64,000 nt of DNA. It comes from Epiperipatus broadwayi (lineage: Eukaryota > Animalia > Onychophora). Shown here piece after piece: positions 63,090 through 64,000 of the stretch; position 1 is the stretch's first letter; each line of letters begins with the position of its first letter. Made by a program: the position numbers and the translations under genes. The stretch is taken from NCBI GenBank assembly GCA_028023455.1, contig JAQFVV010000001.1:7192001-7256000 (forward strand), in the 5' to 3' direction. The notes below the pieces were generated by a model that worked only from the letters and a program-made list of their open reading frames with translations, was not told where the DNA came from and did no database searches.

Positions 63090-64000
63090 AAAAACAATAA
63101 CTCCACTGACATTCCTACTCTACCACGTGGAGACTTCCCCTCTTATCATCACCTTCCATGGCATTCCTCCACAATGTTTTTTCTGTCAGCAGAGGAGCAC
63201 TTGGTGAGGGATTGCCCATCTAGAAGCTGTCATAATTGTTAAAGAATCAAAACCAGAATGCATCACTGTAACTCAGATTCGATGGTACCAGCCACGAATA
63301 TATACATTACTAAGTCTGAACTTGTGGAATCTGAAGCAATGAAGAATACCACCTACCCTCAATTGACTTCCATCAATGATGAGATGTCTAACCCTTTGCT
63401 ATCCCATGCTCACTCAACAAGTACATTAAATGAGTCATTTGGCTCAGCGTCTTCTGCTATGGAAGAGGCTCCTCAAATGCCTCAATCTATGAAAAGGAAG
63501 GCAAAAAAATTCCCAACAAACAAAATGGCCACAGTATTAGCTCTTCAGATACTGAATGCCCTGTCCCCCACTTACCACCGAAAAAACATAGGCCTGATTC
63601 TAAGGTAGATGGTCAGGGACCCAATTGTGACTCGTCCAATAAAGAGTCTGCTAAACCGATTCTATCCCCTGAATGTAATAATGATAATAACTTCCAGCTA
63701 CCTTTGGACTCTAATGTAACAAATGCAAAACTGACATCCATGGATGGTTTGCCTTCCAAGGCCTCAGAAGGGAAGGGCTCTGATCATCCTATAGACTCTA
63801 AAGCAGCAAGTGCTAGAATATGTCTCCTGTTGATGGCTTGTGATCCAGAATATCAAAGGAGAAAGCTTGTATCCATCCTCCTAGTAGAGTAATTGCTGAG
63901 TTTGTGAAGGCAAATCCATTAAAGACTCATTCCTTTATCCTGAAAATTTTCACCAGCTGTTCAATGAAAACAGGTTGTAATGTTTCTGTTGAATTAACAG
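63090..64000 (+). mobile_element. LINE ORF1 (gag-like zinc knuckle) relic running off the window
   Basis: ITFHGIPPQCFFC..EEHLVRDCPSRSCHNC (one frameshift) at about 63148-63240, followed by a low-complexity S/T/P-rich tail (ORFs 63258 and 63704). Confidence 0.6.

Overview
Strongly AT-rich, gene-poor eukaryotic DNA, probably animal or arthropod (inferred from composition and the TE repertoire). Most recognisable sequence is decayed transposons: a near full-length L1/Tx1-type LINE (81-5400), a Tigger/pogo DNA transposon (5513-8158), a Penelope-like element (PLE) with RT and GIY-YIG between two pseudo-LTRs (10516-13533), four RTE-clade LINE copies, an Ingi/RTE-X-type LINE, short tRNA-derived SINEs, a tandem LTR/gag relic and a second LINE ORF1 at the right edge. 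No intact multi-exon host gene can be assembled; only candidate exons are visible (42387, 59913, 61528). The most striking feature is a dense set of short non-coding fold-back insertions from several unrelated sequence families. Five are bounded by their own 12-18 bp target-site duplications, and several families carry minimal type I hammerhead-ribozyme cores with palindromic stem III. Both PLE pseudo-LTRs also contain a tRNA-like A/B-box cassette just upstream of a hammerhead-like motif. Two unexplained structured-RNA-like segments lie at 54174-54362 and 57989-58170. All calls were made by eye; no database search or folding program was run, and element boundaries are approximate unless a TSD or TIR is quoted.
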